Origin: a virus | Virus record (IMG/VR): IMGVR_UViG_3300022200_000032 | Location: 1-64,000 of that record | Strand: one strand, 5' to 3' | DNA: 64,000 bases | Part shown: positions 55,878-64,000 of the stretch, piece after piece | Position numbering within the stretch: the first letter of the stretch is position 1 | Layout: every line of letters begins with the position of its first letter | Made by a program: the position numbers and the translations under genes | The notes under the pieces: generated by a model | The model's database searches: none | Seen by the model: only the letters and a program-made list of their open reading frames with translations | Told to the model about the DNA's origin: nothing

Positions 55878-57403
55878 TATTCATTCCTCACAGGAATATT
55901 ATTACTAAGTGAATTCATTTTATCAACCACCGCTTGATCTGCTGCAACAGATGTTGTGCCTCCAGCATCAAACTCGACATTAGTTGCTACACCTTTATTA
56001 TGATGCGGATATGGTTCATGAGTTGGTGCTCTGGTTACGATACTTTCAAGATCACCTTCTGTTGATGTCCATCCCGTGCTACCATGATTTACATCTGGCA
56101 ATGTTGTGCGTGTTCCATAAATTCCCGGACTGGTTGGTAGTGCCGGTCCTGTGTTTAACAATACAAGCGCACCCTTAACGCTGGTTGGTCCCACGGCACT
56201 TAAACTTGCCGCGGTTGTACCAGCGAGTGCTAACATACCATCAGACTTAACATTGATTTTGCTGTTACTGTTAATAGATACCATTTTGTCGCCAATTAAA
56301 CTCAGTACTTCTTCACCTTCGACAAATGTTGCTTTTTTACCATGCAACGCTGCTGTTACACCACCATATAAATTTAAACTCTGATCAGCGTGAATGTTTA
56401 CATCACCCTGTGAACGCAAGTTAATAGAGTTAGCAGCATACATATCAATGGTGCCTTCTTTGCCTAACTCTACCCATGATTGACCATTTGCATGCATTAT
56501 GTGCAAACAGTTACCATCGTCGCTTAGTGTGATTTGATGTCCTTTTGCAGTACGAATGCGTACCAAATTATCATTGCCTGTGATGTCTCCATCGTCCATG
56601 ATAAATGAATGTCCGCCACGACGCCCGACCACTTCCAGATCATCTTGTGTTACACCACCACTTGCGAAACTTTGTCTAATATTGTATTCTGAAATACCTG
56701 ATTTATAAATTGGACGCCCGGGTGTTAAGATGCCAAATACATTACTTGGAGATTCCCTGTAAGCACTTGATCCAATTGGTCCGCGTACTCTATCATTAAT
56801 AACACCTTGTTGATACATTGTTGCTGCGGTCACAGCATGAACTGGTCTGGGAGCAGCAAATGCCTGGTTGTTTTCTCTGATCTGTTTGTTTTCCACATTC
56901 ATTTCTGCAACTGGCAGACGTGTTGCTCCAGCGAATCGTTGTGCTTGTTCTTCATTATCTGTTACGAATGCCGCACTAGCACCTACCGCAGGAACCATGT
57001 GCATTAAGTCTGGATCCGGAATACTACCAAAGTAATAACCTTGATTTGGATCTCCTTGCACAAAAATGCACATTACTTTAATTCCAACATCAGGAACAGT
57101 AAACCACATGCCATATGAGTTAGAATTGCCTTCGCCGTTACCTTTTCCAAACCCATCACTGGTACCAGCATGGGGAGTATTACCAAAAAACGGACTCATA
57201 TAACGCACTGTGCGCCAACTTGACGAATCTTCTCGATCTTGACCGCCAAGCTCTGGAATGTATACCTGTATACGCCCAATGCGTGCTGGGTCCCTGTTAT
57301 TCATTACTTCGCCAATAAAAGGACCAGGATCACTAGGGAATCCACCACGTTCTATTTTGTAGTTACTTGGGCGTCCTCGGGTACGTTGTATATTCTCTGC
57401 CAT
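55877..57403 (-). CDS. Baseplate hub/central spike (gp5/VgrG-like)
   Basis: OB-fold DP..IGRIQVYIP, YGMWFTVPDVG..V.C.FVQGD; GHSFIMDDG, RTAKGHQI; beta-helix region; PTHEPYPHH. Confidence 0.85.
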   Translation of the reverse strand: MAENIQRTRGRPSNYKIERGGFPSDPGPFIGEVMNNRDPARIGRIQVYIPELGGQDREDSSSWRTVRYMSPFFGNTPHAGTSDGFGKGNGEGNSNSYGMWFTVPDVGIKVMCIFVQGDPNQGYYFGSIPDPDLMHMVPAVGASAAFVTDNEEQAQRFAGATRLPVAEMNVENKQIRENNQAFAAPRPVHAVTAATMYQQGVINDRVRGPIGSSAYRESPSNVFGILTPGRPIYKSGISEYNIRQSFASGGVTQDDLEVVGRRGGHSFIMDDGDITGNDNLVRIRTAKGHQITLSDDGNCLHIMHANGQSWVELGKEGTIDMYAANSINLRSQGDVNIHADQSLNLYGGVTAALHGKKATFVEGEEVLSLIGDKMVSINSNSKINVKSDGMLALAGTTAASLSAVGPTSVKGALVLLNTGPALPTSPGIYGTRTTLPDVNHGSTGWTSTEGDLESIVTRAPTHEPYPHHNKGVATNVEFDAGGTTSVAADQAVVDKMNSLSNNIPVRNE

Positions 57404-57413
57404 TGTTTACCTA

Positions 57414-60400
57414 TTATAAATCTAAAAATGGGTCTGGATTGCTCTGACGTTCGTAGGCCTGATTAAAATAATCCATGGTTTGTTTAATTTGTGATGGTAA
57501 TGTTCCTGGATCAAACTCCTTGAGTTTACCATCTTGACCATACACACCAATCACTGTTTGTGTAATATTTCCTGAGTTGTCAATGTCGACTTTCTTACGA
57601 ACTTTAGCGTCATAGTATGGATCGTAATCTTCAATATATCTTGGTTTAAATCCTTTCTTCTCTTGTGCGTATTTAATAGCGCGAATGTTACTGTCGTAAG
57701 CATCTTGGGTGTTGGCATTAAATTCTATACCATTATAATTAAATGTGTTGTTACCAAGTGCCTGTGCGCCGGCAGTATTATTGACCGTTTCAGCACGTGC
57801 GGCCGGTGGAGGAGGCACAGGATTAGAGAACTCAGGTTCTGCTTGTGGTTCTGTCGTGCCATTAACTACAACATCATGTGCTGGATCAGCTGGTGTTGTT
57901 GGTTGTGGTGTAGGCGGATCAGAGGTTGCATCAGGGGTGAGTAATGGAACAGTACTATTTGTCGCTGCTGTATCACCAGTATTGTTAGGTGCTAACATTA
58001 ACTCTTGTTCATCAAATGCTTGCTCAAATTCAACATCAGTGATTTCACCACTTGGTGACGTAATTGGCTGCGTATTGACTACACTTGGTGTATTTAGGTC
58101 AGCCTCATCAATGTCATCACGCTCTTGTGCAGCCATGTCTCTAGCATATTGATATCCAGCATCATATTCTTCATAATCTGTATCTTGTGCTTCTAGGTTA
58201 GTAGCAACAACGGATTGACGATATTTTGCATCAACATCGATAGCAAGTGTTCCATCAGCTAATCGTTCTGCATCTTTGTCATCTCTCCAGGTCATTAATG
58301 TCCCTTTGAGGGTTTGTTTAAATTCACCATTGTGTAATAATGTTGTAATTTCATTTGCACGATATGCCAGGACAACTGTAGCTGTTGCACCAGATATGTC
58401 AACTACACCTTTGTTAGGATTGTTATATCCAATATTTTGTAAGCCGGTATCCTGATAATCCGCTGGTGTATTATATTCAACAGAAAAATATATTTCTGAT
58501 GCATCATAATTTACACTTCCATCTGGCAAGAACGGAGAGTTACCAACTTTCTGTTTGCTTATTTTAGGTGAATAGAAAACTTCGCTTTGTGCAATCCAGT
58601 CTGGGTCTCCAACGATGGTAAGTTCGGCCATTGCCATATCAGCAGGACTATATAACACGCTTGCTGCACTGGATGTTGCTTCGCTAGATTTATTAACACC
58701 ACCAAGATTTGTTTCATTTGACCGAGGCATATAAAAGTTTTTGGTTACATGTATTGTATTAATTTCCACAGGATTAGTTAAACGTTCCGGTCCAAACTGC
58801 TGAAAATACAAATAATTAAAATCTTGCCTGAAATCTATAATTTCAGTATTTTCTCCAGTGAACCAATATGGATAACGTTTGTGTACTCCTCTATAATATG
58901 CACCAGGGAAGTATGGACTTTTGACATCACCAACACCATAACGCTTAATAGTATATTTGATATTATATGCATAATCCATTGTTTGTGGATTAATTTTATC
59001 TGATCTCGGTGTTACTGTTGTTACAACTTTAAACCATTGAAATACCTTGCTGGACCCTTCTTTAACAATGGGTTTACCGGTGCGTTTGTCAACGTCAATG
59101 TTTCGTTGTGCTGTTACAAATTCACTTTCGCGCACCACTAATTCAATTGCCTGAATAATACTTGTGCCTGCTGGTAGACTTTTACGCCCTTGATTTTTGT
59201 CAACGCGATCAGTGTTTGGTGCGGTTGGGTTTGTTTTATCTGAAGGCATAGCAGATTGGTTTTTATCGACATTCTGATCTACAACCACTTTCTTAGTGTC
59301 GATCTCGGACCCTTCTTCTACCTCAATAATATATTTGTTGGCAAACTCTTTTCCATAGGCACGTTCGCTCTCAGCATTTAGTGCATTGGCCAAACCAGTA
59401 TAAATTGAAAGATTTGCCTGGGTTGTAATATCATCTCTTCGCTGATCAAATTCTTCAGGGAAATATTCTTCGCCTGCGCCACCAATACCCAAGATGCTCC
59501 CCACTGTGCCACCTTGCAGTTCAATGTTGAATGGTAACGCACCATGTGTTCCGATCTGTGAGTAAAAGCTCATCGGAGTAGCACACGTGCAGCGATATTC
59601 GATCATTTCTGCCGCCATTGAAAATGTAATTCCAGTAAAAATGAATGGTATAAACTTTTCGCTAAACGCACGAGCATCAGAGGTGGGCTCTGCTTTTGAA
59701 ATTTTTGAACCATCAACTAAATTACCGTATTCGTCATATCCGTAAAAACGAATAACCATCAGATAATTTTGTGCTGCATAATTGATCTTATCTGACGGAA
59801 ACCCTTTGCTTATTTTATAATCTTTAACTGCTTTATGTAAACTATCTAAAAACGTCAGCCCATTAGGTTCTCTGACAGTAAAACTCATCTCAAATGAATT
59901 ATGTACAGATTGGGTTGATGTACCAGATATTAATCCTTTGATCTCAATATTATCAAGATAAAAGTCTAAATGAAAATTAGGATCCCTTAGTGCTCCATAT
60001 GTTCCTGTACCAACACTTGCTGCACCACCACTTTGCATTAATAATGGAAGCCCAGCAACGCTTTTGATGCCTTGATTATAAATTCTATCCATCGCTGGTT
60101 TATCAAGCATGTAAAGGCTGATTGCATATGTCATTGTGGCAAACCCTTTAAATGGGTTTGGTTTTGCCACAATCTTTTCTAAAAATTCTTTTGGAATCGG
60201 ACTTGCGCCATCTGATCCACGTGCAACATTTGGGTCAGAAACAGCATCTTGCTCAGGTGCAATTGGTTCTTCCTTATTTGGCCCATAAACTTCTGGACCA
60301 ACACCAATCGGAAGTGTTCCTGCACCAGTGCCCAACCCATTGCCTGGTAATGCCGCATCTTCAGCTAATGCAAGTTGATCAATATCTGCTGGTTGAGCAT

Positions 60401-61409
60401 TCGTTTCTCCGCCTTGAATTCTGCCATCAGTAATCAATCCATCTGTATCAATATTTGCATCTTCAGGATTACCTAAATATTCTGCAGGTTCTGATTGCAG
60501 TAGTTCTCCGGTACTGACCGACGGTGGGGTAAATGCAGATCCGTCCTGTGTTTCATTCTGTAATACTATTGTATCTGTATTTCCAGCCACATGTGGCATA
60601 AGCGTCGCTGATGACCCAGGTTCCATTACAACTTCTGTGTTTGGTGGTAACACAGCGACGCCACCGGTGGTCACAACATAGTCACCATTTGCTGCTTGTT
60701 GCACTCCGGTACCAAGTTTTACTTCTGTTGCAGTATCTGGTGTAATTTGCAACGTTCCATCAGAGGTCAATCGTACTTGTGATGCTGGTCCAACCTCGAT
60801 GCTACCCGTGGTTGTGTTAAATTCTGTAGCTCGGGTGGGAGCAAACACAGCCTGAGCTGTATCAGGCTGTACTGTAATGTTACCTAAAGCTGGATTAGAG
60901 TCATAATTGGCGTTAATTGCGCTGCCTGGCATTGCGACTGAAACTGGAGTTGAGCCAGTGCTGAAACTTGGTAATGCTGCACTAGCATTGTAACTGGGTG
61001 CAAGCTCTGGTGTAATTGCCTCGGTGGACTCCCCAGTAAACGTATAAGTATTCGCATTTTCAGGAAGCCCTGGCACTGCTGTATTTGGTGTAGGAGGTGG
61101 CAATACACCAGTTGGTCGCGAAATTGTTGTAGGCGGTACATTCACGTTACCGACTGCGTTAGATGATGCAGGTGTAGCACCTGATAGTGGATTGTAATTT
61201 GATCGTGTGAAATTAAACCCGTTTAAATTAACAACAGTTTCTCCTGACGGCCATCGTTTTGCTTCAAGTGGTCGTCCAGCAGTTGTAAAATCTCCTGCTT
61301 TGGTTGGGAGATTTTCAAACAAAACGTTGTAGTAAAGATCACCGTTTGGATCAACGTAAAAGTTCTTGTTATCTACGTTTCCGGCACCTGAAATCGTAAT
61401 ATTTGCCAC
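57414..61409 (-). CDS. Baseplate hub-like protein (gp27/gpD-like) with long low-complexity termini
   Basis: GTG start; F.VREPNG.TFLD.L, Y.Y.FTGEN..I..F, LTIVGDPDWI; lies between gp53 and gp5. Confidence 0.65.
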   Translation of the reverse strand: MANITISGAGNVDNKNFYVDPNGDLYYNVLFENLPTKAGDFTTAGRPLEAKRWPSGETVVNLNGFNFTRSNYNPLSGATPASSNAVGNVNVPPTTISRPTGVLPPPTPNTAVPGLPENANTYTFTGESTEAITPELAPSYNASAALPSFSTGSTPVSVAMPGSAINANYDSNPALGNITVQPDTAQAVFAPTRATEFNTTTGSIEVGPASQVRLTSDGTLQITPDTATEVKLGTGVQQAANGDYVVTTGGVAVLPPNTEVVMEPGSSATLMPHVAGNTDTIVLQNETQDGSAFTPPSVSTGELLQSEPAEYLGNPEDANIDTDGLITDGRIQGGETNAQPADIDQLALAEDAALPGNGLGTGAGTLPIGVGPEVYGPNKEEPIAPEQDAVSDPNVARGSDGASPIPKEFLEKIVAKPNPFKGFATMTYAISLYMLDKPAMDRIYNQGIKSVAGLPLLMQSGGAASVGTGTYGALRDPNFHLDFYLDNIEIKGLISGTSTQSVHNSFEMSFTVREPNGLTFLDSLHKAVKDYKISKGFPSDKINYAAQNYLMVIRFYGYDEYGNLVDGSKISKAEPTSDARAFSEKFIPFIFTGITFSMAAEMIEYRCTCATPMSFYSQIGTHGALPFNIELQGGTVGSILGIGGAGEEYFPEEFDQRRDDITTQANLSIYTGLANALNAESERAYGKEFANKYIIEVEEGSEIDTKKVVVDQNVDKNQSAMPSDKTNPTAPNTDRVDKNQGRKSLPAGTSIIQAIELVVRESEFVTAQRNIDVDKRTGKPIVKEGSSKVFQWFKVVTTVTPRSDKINPQTMDYAYNIKYTIKRYGVGDVKSPYFPGAYYRGVHKRYPYWFTGENTEIIDFRQDFNYLYFQQFGPERLTNPVEINTIHVTKNFYMPRSNETNLGGVNKSSEATSSAASVLYSPADMAMAELTIVGDPDWIAQSEVFYSPKISKQKVGNSPFLPDGSVNYDASEIYFSVEYNTPADYQDTGLQNIGYNNPNKGVVDISGATATVVLAYRANEITTLLHNGEFKQTLKGTLMTWRDDKDAERLADGTLAIDVDAKYRQSVVATNLEAQDTDYEEYDAGYQYARDMAAQERDDIDEADLNTPSVVNTQPITSPSGEITDVEFEQAFDEQELMLAPNNTGDTAATNSTVPLLTPDATSDPPTPQPTTPADPAHDVVVNGTTEPQAEPEFSNPVPPPPAARAETVNNTAGAQALGNNTFNYNGIEFNANTQDAYDSNIRAIKYAQEKKGFKPRYIEDYDPYYDAKVRKKVDIDNSGNITQTVIGVYGQDGKLKEFDPGTLPSQIKQTMDYFNQAYERQSNPDPFLDL

Positions 61410-61410
61410 G

Positions 61411-61710
61411 TTAGAACCCTAATGCTTCTCGTAATGTTTCCAGTGCGGGTAAATAAATTTGTGTGCCAATCCTAAAATCATAAAGTGGATCAACAAGAGT
61501 GTTTGGATTGCGTTGTGCAAATACCCACCATAGTTCACTGTTTCCATACAAATCATGTGCCAATAAATCAGGACGTAAATTATATACCTGATTAATTGTA
61601 AACAGTCGATCATCTGACTTTTTTGGTATCTTTCGATTGACCATTAAATCTAAATAGAACTCATTGTTGCGAGTTTCATAATATGGACTTGTTGCTGTAT
61701 ATGATGCCAT
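61411..61710 (-). CDS. Baseplate wedge gp53-like / LysM-like tail protein
   Basis: RPDLLAHDLYGNSELWWVFAQRNP...G..IYLP; likely start MASY at 61710 (TAATG overlap). Confidence 0.85.
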   Translation of the reverse strand: MASYTATSPYYETRNNEFYLDLMVNRKIPKKSDDRLFTINQVYNLRPDLLAHDLYGNSELWWVFAQRNPNTLVDPLYDFRIGTQIYLPALETLREALGF

Positions 61711-63542
61711 TACCAAATACCTTTCTTAATTAAGTTACCGTTAGAAAATTCACGCAGACTGAATTCTTTACTGATTTGTGTGCGTGTATTGATTGGCAAG
61801 AATGTTAGACTAAAATTAATTCTTGTTGGCACATAGGTATCACCACCGGTATTTTTAGTCATTCCGCTAATTGAAGGGTTAATAGGACTCAATGTTTGCG
61901 GACTTCCGAACAGATAGTCTAATCCAGCATTCACTAATCGACTCAACACACTGCTGTTCCCTGAATATCCACCTGAAGTGTTCTTGCTCATAAACTGATT
62001 ACCAGTTGTTGTTGAGTTGGTTGTTTTAATGTAGTCTACGTTGTCTGGCAACGTATACTGGAAAACAGTCAAAGCACACGGATGTTCATTAAATTGATAC
62101 TCACCAAGCCCAGTCATGTATAACAACGGAGGCGGTGTGCCACGCTCTTTGTCTTGCCCGTAAAACATTTTAGTTGCTGATTTGAAAAAATGCATAGTAG
62201 CTAACAAATAATTCGCTTCTGCTGTGTCTTGTGCGGTAAATTCTGCATTTACAACGATATTTGAAACATGACTTCCTGAATAAAAATATCCACGATAATT
62301 GCTGTGTGTTAAATCATAACTTGCATATCTTGCTTCGCTTGATACAGTGATTTGGGGCATGTACGGAAATATAACACCGTCAGTATCACGCAATGGAGAA
62401 AGTATCCCAGGACTGGCGCTATTATACAGATAGTCAGCAAAAGGACTCAGTCTTACACGGAAACGCCAATCACCACGATTAATTGTCTTACGTGCGTCTT
62501 TGATACTACGTTGTTTTGCGTATGCTTGCTCTGCTGCAACGGTTACCGGATCATAGAGTTCTGGAGTGGTACCAATAGGCACACATTCCATTGTTTCATC
62601 ATCATAATATTCTGATCCAATCAAACAGCCATTCTCGTCACGTTCGTCAACCGGCAATGGACTGCCTAAGTAATTTGATGTTTGACCAATTGGTACACAA
62701 ATACCATCAGTATCATCATAAACCTCTAACCCAACTCTACATCCAAATTCATCATATTCTGGTCCACCTTGCGGGTCTGCACCATATTGCCAGTTATCGG
62801 GCATATCTTCCCGTGCTACCCATTCGCCTAAGTCATCATTATAAACAAATTCATTTTGATTACGTGCTTGCCAATCTTCAGGGCGATCATCGCGAGGCAC
62901 ATATTCACCTAAACTATCGTCATACCACAAATTTGGGTCATTCGCAGGACTAAACTCGTCGTCGTATAGTGTAGTACCTTGTCGTTGTGCCAACAATTCA
63001 TCAATACGTGCTTGTTGGTTAGCTGCATAGTCATCAGCAGTAAATTCAGCCAAATCGTCTTCATATCTTTGCTGTATAAATTGATCTGTTTCTTCAGGTT
63101 GTGTATAGTAGTTGTACGTTCCTGGAACATCAAACACATCAAATGCAGAATCTGGAAGTTCTGCAGGTGGCGTTGATAAGTTTTGTTGTGCAGTTGTTGC
63201 AGACGCTGCTGGTTCAACATACGAAGGGACTTGTGCTGGAACAGCACCCGCTTGGAAATTACTACCAGCAGCACCGAACTGACTAGAAACTTGTCTTTCT
63301 ATATCCGGGCCGTTATTATATTGAAGTATGCTTGAATATAAACTAGCTTCGTAACTTTCGGCCTCTCCAATTGCTTCTTCCAAAGCATTATAATCCGGAT
63401 GGTTAAACAACGCTGAACCAGATAGTCCTTTGGCAGACAACTGATCTGCAAGAGCATCTAACTGATTACCTAAACGTATTCTGTTTTCAATTGCTGCTGC
63501 ATATTCGCCTGCTAGATGTTGTGGTACCGGTGCGTTTGCCAT
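61710..63542 (-). CDS. Tail tube initiator / baseplate-tube junction-like protein (gp48/gp54-like) with acidic repeat N-terminus
   Basis: C-terminal GVIFPYMPQI, THSNY, FTAQD..EA.YLLA..HF, GTPPP; likely start MANAP at 63542 (AAGGA SD). Confidence 0.65.
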   Translation of the reverse strand: MANAPVPQHLAGEYAAAIENRIRLGNQLDALADQLSAKGLSGSALFNHPDYNALEEAIGEAESYEASLYSSILQYNNGPDIERQVSSQFGAAGSNFQAGAVPAQVPSYVEPAASATTAQQNLSTPPAELPDSAFDVFDVPGTYNYYTQPEETDQFIQQRYEDDLAEFTADDYAANQQARIDELLAQRQGTTLYDDEFSPANDPNLWYDDSLGEYVPRDDRPEDWQARNQNEFVYNDDLGEWVAREDMPDNWQYGADPQGGPEYDEFGCRVGLEVYDDTDGICVPIGQTSNYLGSPLPVDERDENGCLIGSEYYDDETMECVPIGTTPELYDPVTVAAEQAYAKQRSIKDARKTINRGDWRFRVRLSPFADYLYNSASPGILSPLRDTDGVIFPYMPQITVSSEARYASYDLTHSNYRGYFYSGSHVSNIVVNAEFTAQDTAEANYLLATMHFFKSATKMFYGQDKERGTPPPLLYMTGLGEYQFNEHPCALTVFQYTLPDNVDYIKTTNSTTTGNQFMSKNTSGGYSGNSSVLSRLVNAGLDYLFGSPQTLSPINPSISGMTKNTGGDTYVPTRINFSLTFLPINTRTQISKEFSLREFSNGNLIKKGIW

Positions 63543-63563
63543 TCTTACGTTTCCTTGTGTCAT

Positions 63564-63589
63564 TATTTATGGCACACATAAACTGCGTA
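63564..63589 (-). promoter_or_regulatory. Putative late promoter, bipartite, heading the baseplate operon
   Basis: Minus strand TACGCAGTTTAT-N5-GCCATAAATA; nearly identical to the 53994-54019 copy. Confidence 0.7.
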
Positions 63590-63607
63590 TATAATGTGCT
63601 GAAAATA

Positions 63608-63637
63608 TTGACATCATACATAAAAATAGTATATAAT
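63608..63637 (+). promoter_or_regulatory. Sigma70 consensus promoter for the gp55-like gene
   Basis: TTGACA-N18-TATAAT, then AGGAG SD at 63652-63656. Confidence 0.8.
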
Positions 63638-63662
63638 ACGTGTATTGATATAGGAGCCCTTA

Positions 63663-64000
63663 ATGGCACAACCAGGACAAAAGAGAGTAAATTATCTAAA
63701 CAATAAAGATATTTTAGCAGAAATTCACAAAAGTAAGAACACATTTTGCTCTTATAGAGACAAGATTATAGATAGTGATTTTGATTTAATTTTAGAACCA
63801 GACGAGAACGGCAAAACCGGACTTGAAAAGATCAACGTTCGCACCCTAAAAGAAGCACGTGATAATCGTGCTACACGTTTGTCTAAACTTACAGGAGAAA
63901 CTGTTGATCCAAAGTCTATTACTAATGAAGACATTGTTATTCGTGTAATGACCGATGAACATATTCCGCTAGGTCCTAAGAAGCGCACAAAAGCAAGCAC
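63663..64000 (+). CDS. Partial T4 gp55-like late-transcription sigma factor
   Basis: Not in ORF track (no stop in window). MAQPGQKRVNYLNNKDILAEIHKSK...; NY(L/V)NNK(D/E)(I/L)L is the gp55 N-terminal signature. Confidence 0.75.
   Translation, partial: MAQPGQKRVNYLNNKDILAEIHKSKNTFCSYRDKIIDSDFDLILEPDENGKTGLEKINVRTLKEARDNRATRLSKLTGETVDPKSITNEDIVIRVMTDEHIPLGPKKRTKAS

Noticed and set aside
50563-63542. Bacterial T6SS or eCIS locus
   Set aside because: Context (gp55, gp4, ThyA/DHFR, T4-type late promoters, giant fibre proteins, no TssJLM/ClpV) indicates a myophage baseplate.
1-64000. CRISPR array, IS/transposase, integrase, DGR, rRNA, inteins
   Set aside because: No spaced direct repeats, reverse transcriptase, recombinase or splice motifs seen by eye; repeats found are in-frame protein repeats.

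Overview
A 64-kb segment of a large (jumbo-type) T4-like myophage genome, AT-rich, standard genetic code, densely coding. Left (1-7.6 kb): early/metabolic genes (two tandem AdoMet-decarboxylase-like genes, MoxR AAA+ ATPase with a vWA/metallopeptidase partner, DHFR, ThyA). Middle (7.6-31.1 kb): a ~23.5-kb sugar-tailoring cluster with an NDP-sugar epimerase, DegT aminotransferase, UDP-sugar dehydrogenase, six putative glycosyltransferases of three types, two amidinotransferases, a NodU/CmcH carbamoyltransferase, a TylF/NovP-like methyltransferase, an unannotated 33-aa coupled ORF and six tandem N-terminal-twitch radical SAM genes (one degenerate). Right (32-63.6 kb, minus strand): tail/baseplate module (fibre proteins, a 5047-aa baseplate/fibre protein, gp6, gp25, gp5/VgrG, hub, gp53, tube-initiator-like), then a divergent partial gp55-like late sigma factor. 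Best candidate for an undescribed system: a phage-encoded pathway building a guanidino/carbamoyl/O-methyl, radical-SAM-tailored glycan, probably displayed on the Ser/Thr-rich virion proteins next door (inference). Non-coding highlights: a multi-stem structured RNA at 33081-33190, a bipartite late-promoter motif, and an antisense sigma70 promoter overlapping the gp6 start. All family calls rest on motif recognition by eye; no database search was run.
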